Below are positions 59,489 through 64,000 of a DNA stretch of 64,000 nt, in pieces. The notes under the pieces were generated by a model. It was not told where the DNA came from. It worked only from the letters and a program-made list of their open reading frames with translations, and did no database searches. Where the stretch lies: NCBI GenBank assembly GCA_013239625.1, contig MU053881.1, positions 13,406,879 to 13,470,878 of the forward strand. Reading direction: 5' to 3'. How positions within the stretch are numbered: the first letter of the stretch is position 1; the number at the start of each line of letters is the position of its first letter. The DNA is from Lama guanicoe (Eukaryota). The position numbers and the translations under genes were made by a program.

Positions 59489-61084
59489 ATTTAGAGACTT
59501 ATAAGATCAGCTCTGAATCCTGAGAGGAAAAGTGATCTGGACCACGTGGTCCACAAACTACCAGAACAGTCATCATGTTTCCTGAACGTCACTGCTTTCC
59601 ACCTTCTTTGGAAATTACTATGTTCATTGTTAAATGGCTCAGTCCCAGGTCTTATCATTGTACCTTTGCTCTTCTTGGAGAAAAATGCAGAATTCTGCCA
59701 GCTTTTCCCTGTTTCGTCAAGCATTGACTCTCAAGAGCTCCTTTTAGGATACTTTTTCTTTAAATGAGTCCTTTAGCAAGTCTAGATGTTAAAATCACAC
59801 ATCCTCACCTGAATATACTTCAGAAGGATTAGTGCTATGCACGAGTCTTCATCAGCAAAATGACGGTCTTGATTGTTATTTAATTTAGAGAAAATGATAC
59901 CTCGTGTCTGGGCATGCCAGTTCGTGTATTTAAAAATAAAAGTGAGATCTCAGAGTCAGGTGGACTTTGCTAGCTCAGGCTGTGGAATTCTGAATAGGGA
60001 AGATGATTCAGTGATTAGGACAACTTGGGGCTATTTTTGTTCATTCTTTAATTTTGCATTTTTAAGGGATCCTCATATTATTTGCAAATTCACCACAAGG
60101 AGTGGTTTGTACATGAATGAGACTTTTTTCAAGACATATATATTTTTTTCTACACTGAATTAGAAGTGCATGTAATTCATCTGTATTTAGCATTCTGTAT
60201 GACCTCAGGCAATTAATCCCTTTCTTTAAAGGGGCTTCCAGTTTGCCATCTACAAAATGAGGGAGCTGATTTTGATAACAAATAGCAAACACCTGAGAGA
60301 GTTCATAATTGCATCATTCTCCACCCCTGGCAGGCATCACTAATCAAGTTGAGCTTCAGAATCATTCTTAGCACAGTGCTCTGGGCAACTGTGAATCAGT
60401 TAGAGCTAGAAGATAAAATGTATTTAGACTATCAGATTAGAACAGAAGATACAACCTATTTACCATCCGTTAGCTCTCTTAGATCTCTTACACCACGAAC
60501 AGTCCTCCAAGAGGATAATTCTATAGTGGAGTTCTAGTGCTGTATTGGTTTTAGCTTTATTGTTACTTTTATTCAAAGTATGCATGTGCATTAAAAAAAA
60601 ACACCCAGGCACGCAAAAGAATAAAAGAATGACAATCACTCAAAACCCAGATGGCTACTGTTAATATTTTGAGAATTTTTATTTTTTAGTAACATATCTA
60701 GTGTTGTTTTTCTTAAAAATAGTTTAGTTGGAGTGTTTTTTATTTTTGACGTTTTTCCAGCCAGATGAACAAGATTTCTTGATTCTGAACATCTATGTAC
60801 TGACATGATTTATTCTCAAGGCAGTCTGATGATTTTTTTCAGTATGTGATCTCGCTACTGCTGGCCAATTCCTGTCTTTCCACTAGGAAAGCAGATACTG
60901 GTTTGACCATTTAGGGTGTTTATAACAAACACCAAAATGGCTCCCTATGGAAAGGACCCTTATTCCTGACTTTAGAAGTCCTCACACCCCAGTAGGCCAC
61001 GTTGGCCTGTGGGATCCTGAGCCTGGAAAGCATCTGTGACATATTTTCATCTATATGGTCAAAGACCACTGATAATCTCTTTGA

Positions 61085-61500
61085 AATCATAGCCATCTTT
61101 ATAGCAGAAAAGAAATCTATCTAAACTTCAGATTGGATTACGTGACTCTTTGGCTTAAAATACTTCTGTGGGCCACCATTGTTCTTAGAATAAGATCCAA
61201 ATACTGCAGAATTGCACACGACATCATTTCTGATCTGGCCCTCGCTGACTTCTCTGTCTTTCCCTTGGAGAGTTTATCCCCAACTTGTACTGCAGGCTGA
61301 CCAGACAATTTTCAGTTTTCAAAGGACCCGTGCTCTCCAGAGTCTTTAGACCTTTCTGCATGATGTTCCCTCTTTATCTGGCAAACTTTCAACTTGCAGA
61401 AGTTCATCTTTGAAATATTAGACATTAATTACCCTTTCTTTGGAAAGCCTTTACTCTCATAGGTTAAATCGGGGGACTCTTGTTTATTCTCTTAAATGAT
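61085..61500 (+). mobile_element. L2 LINE fragment
   Basis: 'ttggcttaaaatacttctgtgggccaccattgttcttagaataagatccaaatact...tgatctggccctcgctgacttctc'. Confidence 0.6.
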
Positions 61501-61525
61501 TTCAGTAATAAAAGTTGGAACCATT

Positions 61526-61950
61526 GTAGAGAGTAGCAGACACTGTGGGTGCTTGGCATTCAGCTCAACTTCAAAAGGCTTCATACTGTAAACATGAGTA
61601 ATTCTCCACCTGAAGAAATTTTAGGAGGGCACACAGGTACAATGAACCTACACTTAAGAGAAGCCAGAGGTGTAAGAGAGTTAATGTCCAGGAAGTCCAT
61701 CTTCTACCAATGGCAGCCTGTGAAACAGATAAACAGCTTTAGTTTTCTCACCCCACTGGAGCAGGGGGTGGAGAATCACCAAGGTGTGATCTTGTGATGT
61801 CTCCCATCTGCCTGAGCTCCCTGGCATGATTAAGCTCACAGTGATAACTAGCTTGATCACGGGACTGCTCTGGGATCACCTACTGGATAAACTATTCACG
61901 CTCAAATTCTTGTCTTAGTGTCTGCTTCTGGAGAACCGAAACAAAGAGAA
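61526..61950 (+). mobile_element. LTR16-like ERVL LTR
   Basis: 3' end 'ataaactattcacgctcaaattcttgtcttagtgtctgcttctggagaaccgaaacaaaga' resembles the LTR16-group terminus. Confidence 0.7.
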
Positions 61951-62635
61951 AGATCAAGGAGACACGGTTTTTTAGTGAACGCTTGTCTTGCAATAGGTAC
62001 TGCGTTAAGCAAGTTTCCTGCATTGTCTCCCTGGACTCTAAGAAGAGCAGTAGGTGAGAGATGATTCTCTCATAATAGGTAGAAACTGCTGTTAATCCCT
62101 TTATCTCTTGGATCTTAGTTCTCTTATATTTTATGATATTTATCTATTGTCTTTTTACAAGACCGAGCGACTTAAAGGCAGGAGTCATGTCAGTGAATGT
62201 CAACTAAATGATACATGTTTTGAAAGAACTCTCTGGTATCTTTAGAAATTCCTTGAAAACCAAGGATCTTTCATTTTTCATTTGTCTCAGACTAGAAATG
62301 TCAAAATAATTAGTCTGATATAGGAAATGCATTATTTTATTTATACATTTGGCAAGGAGAAGACATTTTTCATGATTAAACACTTTCATAGGAAATTTTA
62401 ATACATTTCTCAAAGATGGTAATACCTTTGAATAATCTCACTGAGCCAAAATATCTAGGAACGCTCCACTCTGTTTTATAACTAAAACCTCGTGTCATAA
62501 AGGACATGAAAAACATCTTAAAGACATAAAAAAAAAAAAAGAATGGGAAAGAGTAGGAAAACGGAGGACTGAAAGAAAAAACAAGGGTAAAAAAACTGCA
62601 TCTAAATAGGGTCATTCAGTTTATAACAATAATGG

Positions 62636-62785
62636 ACTAAATTATAAATAATTTAATCCAACTTAGTGATTTTAGCCCAATCTGTAAATAATTATAATTA
62701 ATTGCAATAAATTATAATTTAATATAATTAATATAATAATTACAACGAATAATTTATAATAAATTCTAAATCATAAATTAAATTC
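62636..62785. repeat. Extremely AT-rich low-complexity tract
   Basis: Almost pure A/T, built from (ATAATT)-like units. Confidence 0.85.
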
Positions 62786-63367
62786 TCCTTCACCACATTC
62801 CCTCTGACCTAAGGTGTAACACTTGTATTTTTTACAAGCCTATATGCTACACATCTGTGTGTTAGATCAGAAGGAATGTAGTGAAAGAAAATACAGGGGA
62901 AAACAGAATCTCTTACTAACATTTAAGACATAAAAAATGCTAGTTGCTACTGTAGTTTTTAAAACATGATACTACTTCAAAATACGCAAATTTCAGGGAA
63001 ATAAAGTGTTCGATTACAGTGTTTCTCTTTCTAACAGTCTTGTGACTTACCCACAATTAACTTTCTAGGTTTCTCATACTGTATTTAAACATACATACAT
63101 ACTTTCAAAGTATGTAAATGCATTTACACTTTATATATTCAGTACCTACTCAATACTGAATAAATACAAAGGACACCAGTTAGCTTTCATATGATAAAAA
63201 TCCAGTGACTGAGTAACTGGGACTTGGGCTCTATGCTCAGCCCTTCTCATGTTCTAAAGGTGTGCTTCAGCAATTCTCCTGTCTCTTATCTTGTTTTTCA
63301 CCTTCTAGTCTGTCATCTCCATCAGCATGTAAAACGCTGTTATTATTCTCACCTGTAAAAACATCAT

Positions 63368-63455
63368 TAAACTCAAAAACAAGAAAACACACAACCTGAT
63401 GAAAAATTGGACAAAAGATCTGAAAAGACATCTCAGCAAAGAAGATATACAAATT
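63368..63455 (+). mobile_element. Short L1 ORF2 fragment
   Basis: 'aaaattggacaaaagatctgaaaagacatctcagcaaagaagatatacaaat' (W.KDL.RH.SKEDIQ). Confidence 0.75.
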
Positions 63456-63459
63456 CTTA

Positions 63460-64000
63460 ATTTAAATAGGGAGGAATTTTCTTTCTTTACTCAGAGATAA
63501 TTTCTTTCTGTTTTTCAGTTAATTTCTGGCTAGGCTATACTTTGAACAGTAAAAAATTTCCATGAAATGTCTACTTTCTAGCATCTATGGGAAGTTTATT
63601 TCAAGGCCTAATATGTGGCCAACTTTTGTAAAGATTCCATAGTTCCTTGAAAATAAAGTATATTCTCTATTCTCAGATCCATCTATTATCTTCACCTTAA
63701 CTGGTTTCTTATTTCATTTTTTTTGTCAATTTAAAATACATGGACTGAAGAAATGTTCGTTGTACTGCTGTTTTATTTCTATAAATATTTCCTTGCTTTT
63801 CCTATTGATTTTAGTCTGCATTTTGTTCCTATAACTTTTTGTCCCAGAAAGATTCAGTACATAGAGATCTTAAATCCCTTAAAATGATGTTCTTGAAAAT
63901 CATTAGTCATCTTGACTCCTTGAGTGGAGTATAAGAAAATCCTTATTCATACCAAATTTCAGTCTTATATGTACACACATATAGTCCTCTATATATTAAT
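63460..64000 (-). mobile_element. Ancient L1 fragment running to the window edge
   Basis: 'ggcctaatatgtggccaacttttgtaaagattccatagttccttgaaaataaagtatattctcta' is antisense L1 endonuclease region. Confidence 0.6.

Noticed and set aside
62636..62785. Palindromic AT-rich cruciform element
   Set aside because: Only short palindromes, as expected from composition; no long perfect inverted repeat seen.

Overview
This is AT-rich mammalian DNA, most likely camelid (alpaca, llama or camel), judged from two tRNA-derived Vic-1-type SINEs and camelid-style L1 3' ends. I recognise no protein-coding gene. The window reads as intronic or intergenic sequence dominated by interspersed repeats (L1, L2, MIR, ERV/ERVL LTRs, one hAT-like MITE). 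The clearest structures are: (1) a degraded ~4.1 kb two-LTR endogenous retrovirus at 42234-46363 with a tRNA-Arg-like PBS, a CpG/G-rich leader, a PPT and an internally deleted env remnant; (2) a ~2.49 kb near-identical direct duplication either side of a 54-N gap, probably an assembly artefact; (3) insertions with clean target-site duplications, including a 5'-inverted (twin-primed) L1, a young L1 nested in an old L1, and solo LTRs; (4) a few weak candidate non-coding exons, a short ORF and regulatory motif clusters in unique sequence. I found no convincing evidence of a previously undescribed biological system. Repeat subfamily names come from recalled consensus resemblance, not a database search.
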